Assembly (NCBI GenBank): GCA_964187785.1
Contig: OZ076409.1
Coordinates: 54,190,001-54,250,000, forward strand
DNA: 60,000 nucleotides
DNA from: Amphiscolops sp. MND2022
Taxonomy: Eukaryota
Direction: 5' to 3'
This document shows positions 1-10,666 of this stretch, one piece after another (positions within the stretch are counted from its first letter, which is position 1; every line of letters starts with the position of its first letter). A program made the translations under genes and the position numbers. The notes under the pieces were generated by a model. It worked only from the letters and a program-made list of their open reading frames with translations. It was not told the DNA's origin and did no database searches.

Positions 1-1877
1 AGGACCCGCTGATGGGAACCTTGCAATTTGAGACGATATCTGTCAACAAGTACCTGTTATCAAAACATACCAAAGGCACTCGGAAAAATCCCCTGAAGAC
101 TGGAAAAATACCAAAATATAACACCATAACATCTAAAAAATTTGGAAAAACTCTGGGTAAACGTCTCCGTCCAGAGTCCAATCGTTCTTGGCGTCAAACA
201 CGAGGGAGCCAGATCTTTTAAAAACCGCTAAGGAAAGCCTCCCAAGACGATCCCTCTGTGATCGCCAAACAATGAGGTTCTTTGTAACGATAAGCGCTGG
301 CGCATGAACCGCAACTCAGAATGGAGGAACTAGAACAGCGAATAGGATCCGGGACCTAGATCTCCGCGGCCCTAGCTCATTTTCCTTCCGAAGGAGCCAG
401 TCCCAAGGTGGGGGAACCGTCTTGTAGGACGCTCTCTGGCCTGGTCCCAGTCTGTAACTGCTGAGAATAACGGGCATCCGTCTCGGCCCTTTGCCTGGGA
501 CCACCGTTTAGACAGCCTTTAAAAACAATGCCAAGAATAAACAGTGTAAATTTCCATCTTCCACCCGATATCGGAAAAAGATCTAAAATGGGGAATAAGA
601 TCTAAAATTGCACAAACTAGCGCTGGCGCTAGTTCAAACGGCTAAATCCAGCAGAAATACATCAAAGCACACATCGGAATGGCAAACCACACAGCTAAAA
701 AGCTGGGGCGCAGGGGCTCCAAGCACCAAACAAGGACAATTAAGCGAAAAGACTCATTTTACCGGTTTCTGCAACATAGGGTAGAATAATGCTGAAAATC
801 GATAAAACCGGTGTTAGCACCTAAAAAAGAGTCTATTTTCGGATGTTCTTGCCGTCTCTGGCTTCTGTCATGGCGGCGCGCCCGTGTTTTTGCTCGTTCT
901 TGCTCTTTGTTGTCGAAGTACCTGCCAATTTCGTAGAAACAGTGAAAAGAGCAATCACATGCTCCGTGCCACGTCACACATCGAATTAGAATTTTTGACA
1001 AAATTTCTGAACATGTCAAAGTTGCAAAATCGGTTGATATTGCTGTACCAGAGCTTGCCGTTACAACTGGCTTTCACCTATCGTACATAATCGCAAATCA
1101 CTGAAAACAGCTAGAAAAACCTGTTAAACACCAGTAGCGACGTGCTACTGTCCACTACGCTTCAAAAAAGAGGACCCGCTGATGGGAACCTTGCAATTTT
1201 AGACGATATCTGTCAACAAGTAACTGTTATCAAAACATACCAAAGGTACTCGGAAAAATCCCCTGAAGACTGGAAAAATACCAAAATATAACCTCATAAC
1301 ATCTAAAAAATTTGGAAAAACTCTGGGTAAACGTCTCCTTCCAGAGTCCAATCGTTCTTGGAGTCAAACACCAGGGGGCCAGATCTTTTAAAAACCGCTA
1401 GGGAAAGCCTCCCAAGACGATCCCTCTGTGGTCGCCAAAAAATGAGGTTCTTTGTAACGATAAGCGCTGGCGCTTGAACCGCAACTCAGAATGGAGGAAC
1501 TAGAACAGCGAATAGGATCCGGGACCTAGATCTCCGCGGCCCTAGCTCATTTTCCCTCCGAAGGAGCCAGTCCCAAGGTGGGGAACCGTCTTGTAGGACG
1601 CTCTCTGGCCTAGTCTGTAACTGCTGAGAATAACGGGCATCCGTCTCGGCCCTTTGCCTGGGACCACCGTTTAGACAGCCTTTAAAACAATGCCAAGAAT
1701 AAACAGTGTAAATTTCCATCTTCCACCTGATATCGGAAAAATATCTAAAATGGGGAATAAGATCTAAAATTGCACAAACTAGCGCTGGCGCTAGTTCAAA
1801 CGGCTAAATCCAGCAGAAATACATCAAAGCACACATCGGAATGGCAAACCACACTGCTAAAAAGCTGGGGCGCAGGG
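1..1877 (-). repeat. Tandem array of LTR + PBS + short leader (period 1170 bp); second LTR copy 1453-1877 truncated
   Basis: aggacccgctgatgggaacc occurs at 1 and 1171, and near identity continues to about 1877. Segment 1066-1452 is homologous to the leader at 3318-3700 of the main element. Confidence 0.9.
283..1065 (-). mobile_element. Complete LTR of a family related to the giant Gypsy element
   Basis: On the minus strand it begins TGTAACGGCAAGCTCTGGTACAGC and ends GCGCTTATCGTTACA, the same termini as the LTR at 2588-3317. The middle is diverged. It is followed on the minus strand by the same 15-nt spacer and a TGGCGATCACAGAGGG PBS. Confidence 0.9.
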
Positions 1878-2159
1878 TTGCTATTTTTTTGGTTAAAGTG
1901 TAGTTTATATCTTATCTCAGGAAGTTTTAGATACTTTTTCAGTTATTTTATACAGCGACAAAAAATATTATTCACCTGTCGAAATGTTTTAATGTAATTA
2001 GAGATCGAAATGTAATTAGAAGTTTTCGAGGTCTTGACATGATTTTAGGATTAACTACAAAAACCTTCGAAGAATGACTATCATTGTTTGATTGCAAATT
2101 TTGCGTATGTACGTTTTCTCTGAATATGATCCTCAGTAGGCTTCTGAGTGGCAGCTGTA

Positions 2160-2430
2160 TCGTCAAATTCAAAAACGTTTGCTTTTCTTCGAAAAGTCAT
2201 TTAGTGCCGAAAAACTTTAAGGGGACCTCCATGCTCGCAAAACGATTTGTTTGCAAAAAAAACAAAGTGATCCTCGGTGAAAAAAATTGTTAGAAAAAAA
2301 GTCGCAAAGTACCGACAAAAAAACCAAATGGGGGGACCCTTTGGTTTTCCTCTACCTTTCCAAGCATAAAAAAATTGGTTTAGTTCGGGACTTGAACCCA
2401 CTAACTCTTGCTTTCAGGCCCCGTAATGAG
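2160..2430. repeat. Fragment of dispersed HINE-type repeat with tRNA-like 3' piece
   Basis: Motifs tagtgccgaaaa, atgctcgcaaaacg and gggggaccctttgg recur at 44.5-45.9 kb, 49.4 kb and 56.5 kb. gggacttgaaccc is a reverse B-box-like motif. Confidence 0.6.
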
Positions 2431-2587
2431 TTAACGACCAAATGATATAGTTTATGTTTTATATTTCAAAGAGCAAGTTTTATTATTTTTCGCCCATATT
2501 TCATATGGGAAAGGAAAACATTTAACTCAAACGGGTTTTTTTCACAAAATTTGCCAACCACCAAATTTATATTTAACTTCAAGGGTG

Positions 2588-3317
2588 TGTAACGGCAAGC
2601 TCTGGTACAGCAACATCAGCCGACATGTTTAGAAAATTTTGTCAAAAATTCGTTCAAATTTGACGTGGCACTCAAACATGCTCAAGACGAAGTACCTGCC
2701 AAAAAAAGCACCCCAGAAAAGCAGAAATCGCCGCTCGCGACGAACAAGCACCGGAGACGACAAAAAAGACGTCCCCGACGCATACAGAACACGGTATTGT
2801 GTCAATCTCTAGGAGATATCCATTACTACAGTAAAGGAAACCAGTGTTCCAGATGTTCGCCTGAGTATCCCTGCGGTATCCTGTGTGGCAACTAGCGCTA
2901 GCGCTGGGAAGCTGAGGTCAACTTTCATCAAATGACTCTGAACTCTTGATTTCTTGTTGTATTTTTCGATGTGGTAAATTAATATGCTCGAGAGCTGTTG
3001 TTTAACATCTGTTTATCCCATTTGGCGATTTTATCAGATTCTCCAATATTACGGTTCAACCTTCATCGATTTTCAGCCCAATTTTTAAAGGCTAGTTGAG
3101 CAGTGGTCTTGAGTCTTGCAAGATGCCTGTTACTTTTAGCAGTTACAGACTAGGACCAGGCCAGAGAGCGTCCTACAAGACGGTTCCCCCACCTTGGGAC
3201 TGGCTCCTTCGGAGGGAAAATGAGCTAGGGCCGCGGAGATCCAGGTCCCAGATTATATTCGCTGTTCTAGTTCCTCCACTCTACGTTGCGGTTCAAGCGC
3301 CAGCGCTTATCGTTACA
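2588..3317 (+). repeat. 5' LTR (730 bp)
   Basis: TGTAACG...CGTTACA terminal inverted repeat; direct repeat of 20746-21477. Confidence 0.97.
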
Positions 3318-3332
3318 TAGAAACTCATTTTT

Positions 3333-3350
3333 TGGCGACCACAGAGGGAT
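3333..3350 (+). promoter_or_regulatory. Primer-binding site, tRNA-Arg-like
   Basis: TGGCGACCACAGAGGGAT resembles the complement of the eukaryotic tRNA-Arg(TCG) 3' end (TGGCGACCACGAAGGGA). It is conserved in the minus-strand copies near 250-267 and 1420-1437. Confidence 0.75.
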
Positions 3351-4489
3351 CGTCTTGGGAAGCTTTCCCTAGCGGTTTTTAAAAGATCTGGCCCCCTGGT
3401 ATTCAGCGCCAAGCCCGTTTTCGACTCTGGACAGGAGAGAAGAGCAGAGTTTTACCTCTTTTTAGTCGTATTACGTCTTACTGGAACTGGGAGAGGCGTT
3501 GAACCAGAGAAAATGCCGAAGAAAGCGTGTTTTCAGGTGCGAAAATGGTATTTTTGGGCATTTTAGAAGGAAATCGCTCTTTATGTGTGATGTGTTGTGT
3601 ACCCATCAGCGGGTACCTTTTGGCAGGTGTAGAGGACCGTAGCACGTGGCTACGGGTGTCTAACAGGTTTTTTGAGCTTTTTTCAGCCATTTTATGCCAT
3701 GCAAGAGGGTAACGGATGGATGGTTGACCATGCTCCAGCGAGGCGAAGGAGGGGACAAATCTTGTGTAGCCTACTTCCTATTCCCATTTCTCGTGGAGAC
3801 GTCCTAGAGGCATGGTTTTTGGTGGACAGCAAGTACAACGACAGACGGTGCTAATGGTCCCACTCGCGTGTTTCTATCTGGTCTAGATGTGGAGAAATAA
3901 CGTGGTGAAGATGCACCCCCTATGACCAGATGAGTCGCTCAGATGGAGTATGGTTGGCGAAAATTTTGAAAATACACCTCTTTCGATGGAGAATCGTTGG
4001 TGCAGTTGGTGCAGGTCAGTGACGTTCTACTATAAATGTAACGACACCCTACGAAGTGCTTTTCTGCGAAAAAGATAGCACTTGGAAAAAAAAACCTCAT
4101 TTTGTGTTTTTTTTGGTGTTTTTCTTGGTTTCGAGCACTAGTGCTCACAGAAGCCAAGAAAGTTTGGTAGGAAGTGTTGAAAAAGCAGCTGCAAGGCTCG
4201 AGGAAGCCGGCACAAGGCACGAAAGGCGAGGTTGAAGCCTTTGATTGTGATAAAAGTGCCAATTTGATGCCGAAAAATGTGAAAAAAGTGGAAATTTGGC
4301 CAAAAAGGCACCCAAAATGTAAACGTACACGAGTGTGGAAGTGTAAAATGACAGTGTACGGCACTATCCCAAGTGTAGTTGACCCTCAGGATACTAATTG
4401 CAACTTTTGTAGCGGACTCAGGCAGCCTGGGGCTGATACAGTGCGAAAAACTTGTGATTTTTGGCATTTCTGAGTAGAGAAAGTGCATT

Positions 4490-4830
4490 AACCAAAAACA
4501 CCCAGAGCAAAGCTTATTCGAAAAGAGCGGGCTCGAGCGCTCTCATTTTCGATTGTAGCAGCAAAAACGACGCGTTGAGGTGAAAACCGCATGCAAAAAT
4601 TCCTTTTCAGCGTTGAGAAAAGTTGAAAAACCTTGATTTTTGGCCAGTTTCAGGAGTGTCAAAGCGCATCATTAAAACCTCTGGGGCACTCAGTGTTTTC
4701 GAGACCGGGGAGCCCGCGCGCACCTATTTTCTGTTTTTAAAATACAAACAACGCATTGTGGTGAAAACCGCGTGCAAAAATTCGTTTTCAGTGCTGAGAA
4801 AAGTGGAAAAACGCACTGAATTTGGTCAAT
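4490..4830 (+). repeat. Diverged ~181-bp tandem duplication in the leader
   Basis: gtgaaaaccgc(a/g)tgcaaaaattc...gagaaaagt at 4580 and 4761. Confidence 0.75.
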
Positions 4831-6046
4831 TTTCCACAAAACCGGACTGTCTCTGAGCTAGGGTCGGGTCATCGATTCCTGAACCCTAGCCAAAAAGTGG
4901 TTGCATTTTCGTAACCATTACAAAACTTAACGTTAGTGCCGAAATTTTGACGAGCGTATCGCTCACCAAAGTCGAGAAAAGCCCTCTGACGTTTCGACTT
5001 CAGAAAAGCACATAAAAGCCAAAAAAATCCAAAACTACAGGACTGTCAGTGCCTTATACCTAACGGGCACAACCAATTGAGGGTTTATCCCAGTGCTACG
5101 GATAGTGGGGCAACACGTTGGTCCGATTTTGCCCGCCGTATCACTTCCTGAGGTGATCCTCTTGGTCAAATTGTGAAAAAAGTCGTCAAAAACAGTGTTT
5201 TTTCGTGTACAACGTGCATAGTGGGTCGAAACCTCAAATAAGCGCTCGCGCTTCAATTCGACCATTTTAGTGGCATTGTAGGTGCCTGCTGGCATAGACT
5301 ACCAAGTTTGGTGCCGATCTGTCTGATACTTGTCGAGAAAATAGAAAAAACGTGGAGCCCAAAAAGGTGTCCAAAAAGGCAGTTTTTTCTTAATTTTTCC
5401 AAGTAACCCGGGTACCTCAGCCGAAGGGTGGGGCTATATTGCAGCCCACCATTGTAACTTGTGCTAGCTCTTACGTTGCTGCAGAGAATTTGAGCTTGCT
5501 AGCTTTTTCCAGTGGACCGCAATCTTGAAAAAGACGTGAAAAACAGTGTATTTCGGTACATAGTGGTACCGCACGTCTGTACCTAGGTGAAACTGTGTAG
5601 AAGGGGCGCAGCTCAAAACTGTGTTCGTTTTCGTAAACCTACGTGTACCTAAGATCTGCTGGTCAATTTTGGGCTTGATACCGCGCTTCTAGCGCACACA
5701 CGAGCCTGTTGAGTGTTGTTGTGCGATTTTTGGAAAATCCAAAATTTCTTCGAAATTCTTCCTGTGAGTGACCGGAGACTCTTGGCCCTAAACCAGGTTG
5801 ATTTTCTAGCCCAGTGTGCTTGTGGGAAAACGCTGTGCAATTTTGAACAGCCTACGAGCTCTGGAACGTGTTTCGAAAAATCTAGAACGTTGAATACCAT
5901 CAAAATTCTTAAGTGCTCACCGGGACGACCAAGGGATCAGCTTCGAATTGAAGACCCTGGTGCGTTCGGCGACCCAATTTGAGTCTTCCGAGTAATCGTG
6001 AGCGGTATCTCGATCGCTATTGATAAACGCGTTGGCCACCGAACCG

Positions 6047-9000
6047 ATGGCGGTATCCCATACCGGTTCACAATCATGGGTCACGATAGAGGGTTCGCGT
6101 TTTTCAGACGACATGTCTGACGAAGTCACTATCGAACAACAGCGAAAAGAGGATTTGGCCGCTATGGTTCTTCCCTCAGAGAACTCCAGTGTTGCTGAAA
6201 ATTCACGCCAAACCGAGCAGTGGGTCGACGAAACTTGCCGCGATAGAGCCAATGAAGTGGAAGAGGGCTGGCCCAATTCGAATGCAACCGATGAACTGGC
6301 GGCTGAGGAAGGGTGCTCGCGCGCACCCCCGGCTGGCGAAAGACAACTTGGCTCACAAACCGACATGGAGCAGGACCTCACTTACGTGGGAGGCATGAGT
6401 TACGCGCGACGGCGGGGACTCGGGACCAATCGAGGACCTACCCGGGTCTGTGCCTACGGGAAGCACAAGAAGGTACGACCACCTATACTACAGGTAGGTG
6501 AGCCACGTCAAGAGGTATCCCGTGTCAGGAGTATGACAGGCTCATTGGCCTCATCGCAACGGTCTTCAGTATACAAGGCAGCACTATTGGATGCCCAAGC
6601 CGAAACCCAACGGGCCCTAACAGGTCTGGCCAGCACTCGTGCTGAATGCAATGAGCAACATCTTGCCATCGTGGAGAACATTAAAGTGATGCAGACGACG
6701 ATGCGTGAGGGCCTGCAGGTCAGCGATCAATTGCGTACCGCGCAGAATGTGCAAAATGCTCGAGTGGACACATTGGGTCACCGGATAGGAGAGATGAATG
6801 ACACGTTGATGGCTCGCGAGTTGCGCGTGGAAACGCAGATCAACGACTTAAGCAATCAGATGCACACGGTACTCAATGCCATTGATGTCATGAGGCGTGA
6901 GAGGTCACTCCCGTGGCAGCCCAGTGCAAGTGGAGGCGTGCGGAATGGAGGTCCAGTCCGTATCTCGGAGCCGACGTGCCCGAGCCAGGTAGTGAAGTCG
7001 GAACTGCCGAGCGCGCTAAAGCCTAGCACTTCCAGGCCGGCAGTGCCTGCGCCCCGGAAAGATGAAGGAGTAGCCGGAAATTTGGTGATAGCCACGCCTG
7101 AGGCAGAGCGCAAGCCTGCACGAGTGCAGATGAGGGGACATCACGACTCAGCAGAATCATCGATGCCTTCTGCAATCCAGAGCACCACTCGAGATCAAGG
7201 CGTGGACCCGATGTCGACCATCTATCTTGATTCCTCGGTTGAAGTTGACCTATCTAACACCAAGGCAACGCTAGGCTCTCAAACCGAGGGAGCAACGTTT
7301 GCAATTGCCCCTATTTCAATGTCAGGACCAGATTCCATATACTGGACCGCAGACTCGTCAGCCGATCATGGACTGCCCTCGGGCACTCCCTGTGCTAGCA
7401 GCACTCGCAAAAAGGACGAAATCGCCGACCTGTCGATACAAGCCACTCTTGGTAGTCATGACAGGACGCGCGAGGGGGAGGCCAAGGCCGATGAAGGAGA
7501 AGCCATATCCCCCGAGCAGCTGAGATTCACGGCCGCCATATCAAAGGCGATGTCAAAAGAGTTAGCGCCCTTACTCGCCGGCAGAGACTTGGCTCAGGCG
7601 AGGCCCAATGTATATCGCGGGTCCAAAGACGGATCCATTGATGGGTGGATCCTTATTATTCAGAGATACCTGAAAAGAACGCAAACCAAGGTCTCAGCCG
7701 AGGACCAGGCTTGGAGCATCATCGGTCACCTTGAAGGTGAAGCCCGCAACTACATCATTAACAAAGCGGAATCCGAACGTGACACCCCCGAGAAGGTGTT
7801 CGAATTGTTATCCAGCCGCTTTGGCGCTGGAGGAAAACGTATGCAAGTGCGACAAGCTTTCCAGAGCCGCATTCAACAAGAGAAAGAAGACTGGATGCAG
7901 TATTTAGACGCTCTAGAGGGTCTTCGGAGTCAAGGATTCCCACAAGAGGCAATCACCACCAAGCGCTATGAAATCCTCCAGCGCTTCATGGAAGGTGTAC
8001 GAGACCCAGCGCTGAGGCGGGAGCTGGCCATAGTGTATGCCTCGGAAGTCTTCCTGACCGAGCCGCCTACGGTGGAATCCCTCCGCTTTACCACCCGCCA
8101 ATTGCAGCGCAACCGTCCAAAACCTAACCAATTCCCTCAACCCTATGACCCCAGACTAGCAATGAGGTCTCGACCTCATCCCTTCGCGCCACTACCCCCC
8201 AACAAAATGGTGTTACCACAAGGAGTAATGCCTCCCCCACCTGCGAGTAATGCTCCCCCCAATCAAGCAGCAGTGCAGCCTGCGGTACGCCTGCCCGTTG
8301 GCGCGTGCTATAATTGCGGTCAAGCTGGGCAATTTGCCCGGGACTGTCCCACCCGCGATCAAGCTCGCAAACCAGTGGCAGCTCCTGAACCAGAAGGTGT
8401 GAAAGTCACTGCTGAAGACGTAACTGATGGCGTGTTGGAGAGCTATCCAGGCATTCATCAGTGTGCGCACTGTGGAGTCTATGACCATGTGGATGTCCCC
8501 TGTGGTGAGCATTCTGAAGCCCCGAGGCCTAATGATGAATTGGCCTATAATCGATGGCTCGAGGTGGAATCCGCTGGTGTGGCCGCCCACACGGTACCCC
8601 TGGAAGATGATCGCGTATTAATGCTACACCTAGCGGAGCCCCCAGCGTTTCACCCCCCACTGATAGTTACATGTGGGACAAAGCAGATTCAGACGTGCTT
8701 GGAGCCTACAACGTTCGATCCACAAGGGAGAACGTTGATCTCGATTCATCTTATGCTGGCAGCCGAGCAGGTGCGTAGACCAACGCTAACCTTGGCGAAA
8801 CTCTGGGTTGAGCTATCTGTCCTCTATAACCGGATGGAATTGCCCCGCCCAAAACAGTGGCACGTCCCTGGAGAGTCGGAGACCCTGACTACGTACTCGC
8901 CAGTACCAGTCTGTGCAACGATGGACGGCGTGGACGTGAAGTTCGAGGCCTGTGTGGTGGTAGATGTGTTCCCACCCGGCTTATGCTTGGGACCTCAAGA

Positions 9001-10666
9001 GCTGAAATGCTATAATATCAACCACCAAGAACCCACCGGGGAAGCGCGAATAGATGAGCGTGCATCGCTCGTTGTCTCCTTTGTGGTGCCTCATGCAGCA
9101 CCTATCCCACTGCGAGGCCTGGTGGACACTGGTTCCGGAGTATCCATACTAACCTTCTCCGCCTTCAACCGGGTAGTTGCACGGACCGGAGCGGTCCTGA
9201 AACCCTATCAAATTGATTCGTACGCTCCCAATGGGAAGACAATAAAGACTTTCGGGTTGGCTGAGCAGATACGCTTCCAGTTGGGAGGGTATGAACTCGA
9301 AACCAGTTTCGTCGTGGTAGATGACGCAATGGGCGTGGAAGACTTTCTGTTTGGTCGAAACTTCCTCCGTTCCTACCAAGTCTTGGTAGATCTAACCTCC
9401 ATGAAGATAGTGGTGCGAGCACCTGTGAAGCCCGTCTGGCATCATGCACACACCCAGGTAGGTGACGCTTCGTTAACTACCTCCATTACCCTGGACAGTG
9501 ACCTAGTCCTACAGCCTTTCGAGCGTACAGTGGCAAAGGCCAAACTTGTCACCAACGCGCTTGAACCATTAATCTTCCAGACCGTTGCGCTTAACGCCTC
9601 GTTGTCTGATCCCTCATTGCAAAATACCATCTTTTTAGAGGACAGCGTAGCCACTGTCAGTGAGACAGGAACACTGTATGTGAGCCTGGTAAACCTCACC
9701 AGCAACCAGCAGCGTGTACGATGTGGTGCCCACCTAGGCACGGTAGTGCCTGTGTCTCTAGTATACCAGGCTGTGCCCCAAAAGCTGGATGCTACTGTGG
9801 AAGCTGACCACAAAACTGAAGCCGACAACAGTCGAGCAAATTTTGTTTATAAAGTGTACAGTGAAATGAATCTATCCACTGCTTCTGAGTTAACTTCTTC
9901 ATCTGAATTTGAGTTTTTGTCTTCTACGGATCCAAGTGAAGCGGGGCTTTCGGAGCGCGAGATTCGCAAGCGCACCGATCCCGACCTATTGGCCCCGATC
10001 CCTGGGCCCGATTCTCAATTGCAAGAAGTCAAGAACCTCTGGGGCGCTAGCGCCTGCGAGTCCTTAGACAACATTCTTAACGAGTTTGATGACCTATTCA
10101 TGAAACGCAAGGCGGATATTGGTCGCTGTACCATTGCTAAACACACCATAGAGGTAGAGCCTGAGGCGGTACCGCACCGTGAAGGTGCTCGCAGAATGTC
10201 CCCCGAAAAGGCTGAACGAGCCAACCAGGAGGTTCGGAGCTTATTGACCTTAGGGATGATACAACCTTCACTGTCCCCATGGTCAAGTGGTATCGTAAAG
10301 GTAAAAAAGAAAAGCGGGGAGTTACGCTTTTGCTGTGACTTCCGACCGCTGAATGAAGTAACCATTAAGGATGCCTACCCCCTGCCCCGTATCGATGAAA
10401 GCCTGGCGCGACTGGGCAATGCAAAGATCTACACCAGCATAGATCTTGCCTGGGCTTTCTGGCAAATTCTCTTGCGAAAGGCGGACCGCCACAAAACAGC
10501 CTTTGCCTGTGAGTTGGGACTCTTTGAATGGCGAAGAATGCCATTTGGCTTGTGCAATGCATCAGCCACCTTCCAGCGAGCAATAGCGCGAGCGCTGCAA
10601 AAAAATAGTCAATCGCAAAGGCAGCATGGTCATGGCATACATCGACGACATAGTTATAGCAACTGA
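6047..10666 (+). CDS. gag-pol: Gag-Pol part 1: coiled-coil N-terminus, capsid, Zn knuckle, pseudo-protease, aspartic protease, dUTPase-like domain, RT N-half
   Basis: Capsid-like DGWILIIQRYL...LEGEAR; CYNCGQAGQFARDC; LVDTGSGVS; RFCCDFRPLN, YPLPRID, DLAWAFWQ, RMPFGLCNASATFQR. First ATG at 6047. The frame is lost at the A7 run at 10599-10605. Confidence 0.93.
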   Translation: MAVSHTGSQSWVTIEGSRFSDDMSDEVTIEQQRKEDLAAMVLPSENSSVAENSRQTEQWVDETCRDRANEVEEGWPNSNATDELAAEEGCSRAPPAGERQLGSQTDMEQDLTYVGGMSYARRRGLGTNRGPTRVCAYGKHKKVRPPILQVGEPRQEVSRVRSMTGSLASSQRSSVYKAALLDAQAETQRALTGLASTRAECNEQHLAIVENIKVMQTTMREGLQVSDQLRTAQNVQNARVDTLGHRIGEMNDTLMARELRVETQINDLSNQMHTVLNAIDVMRRERSLPWQPSASGGVRNGGPVRISEPTCPSQVVKSELPSALKPSTSRPAVPAPRKDEGVAGNLVIATPEAERKPARVQMRGHHDSAESSMPSAIQSTTRDQGVDPMSTIYLDSSVEVDLSNTKATLGSQTEGATFAIAPISMSGPDSIYWTADSSADHGLPSGTPCASSTRKKDEIADLSIQATLGSHDRTREGEAKADEGEAISPEQLRFTAAISKAMSKELAPLLAGRDLAQARPNVYRGSKDGSIDGWILIIQRYLKRTQTKVSAEDQAWSIIGHLEGEARNYIINKAESERDTPEKVFELLSSRFGAGGKRMQVRQAFQSRIQQEKEDWMQYLDALEGLRSQGFPQEAITTKRYEILQRFMEGVRDPALRRELAIVYASEVFLTEPPTVESLRFTTRQLQRNRPKPNQFPQPYDPRLAMRSRPHPFAPLPPNKMVLPQGVMPPPPASNAPPNQAAVQPAVRLPVGACYNCGQAGQFARDCPTRDQARKPVAAPEPEGVKVTAEDVTDGVLESYPGIHQCAHCGVYDHVDVPCGEHSEAPRPNDELAYNRWLEVESAGVAAHTVPLEDDRVLMLHLAEPPAFHPPLIVTCGTKQIQTCLEPTTFDPQGRTLISIHLMLAAEQVRRPTLTLAKLWVELSVLYNRMELPRPKQWHVPGESETLTTYSPVPVCATMDGVDVKFEACVVVDVFPPGLCLGPQELKCYNINHQEPTGEARIDERASLVVSFVVPHAAPIPLRGLVDTGSGVSILTFSAFNRVVARTGAVLKPYQIDSYAPNGKTIKTFGLAEQIRFQLGGYELETSFVVVDDAMGVEDFLFGRNFLRSYQVLVDLTSMKIVVRAPVKPVWHHAHTQVGDASLTTSITLDSDLVLQPFERTVAKAKLVTNALEPLIFQTVALNASLSDPSLQNTIFLEDSVATVSETGTLYVSLVNLTSNQQRVRCGAHLGTVVPVSLVYQAVPQKLDATVEADHKTEADNSRANFVYKVYSEMNLSTASELTSSSEFEFLSSTDPSEAGLSEREIRKRTDPDLLAPIPGPDSQLQEVKNLWGASACESLDNILNEFDDLFMKRKADIGRCTIAKHTIEVEPEAVPHREGARRMSPEKAERANQEVRSLLTLGMIQPSLSPWSSGIVKVKKKSGELRFCCDFRPLNEVTIKDAYPLPRIDESLARLGNAKIYTSIDLAWAFWQILLRKADRHKTAFACELGLFEWRRMPFGLCNASATFQRAIARALQKNSQSQRQHGHGIHRRHSYSN

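Noticed and set aside
316..3320. Repeated short ORFs (PPPWDWLLRRENELGPRR)
   Set aside because: They recur only because they lie in LTR copies; starts are non-ATG and frames differ between copies.
10595..10610. Programmed ribosomal frameshift
   Set aside because: It falls inside the RT core just before YIDD rather than at a gag/pol boundary; an extra A in a homopolymer explains it.
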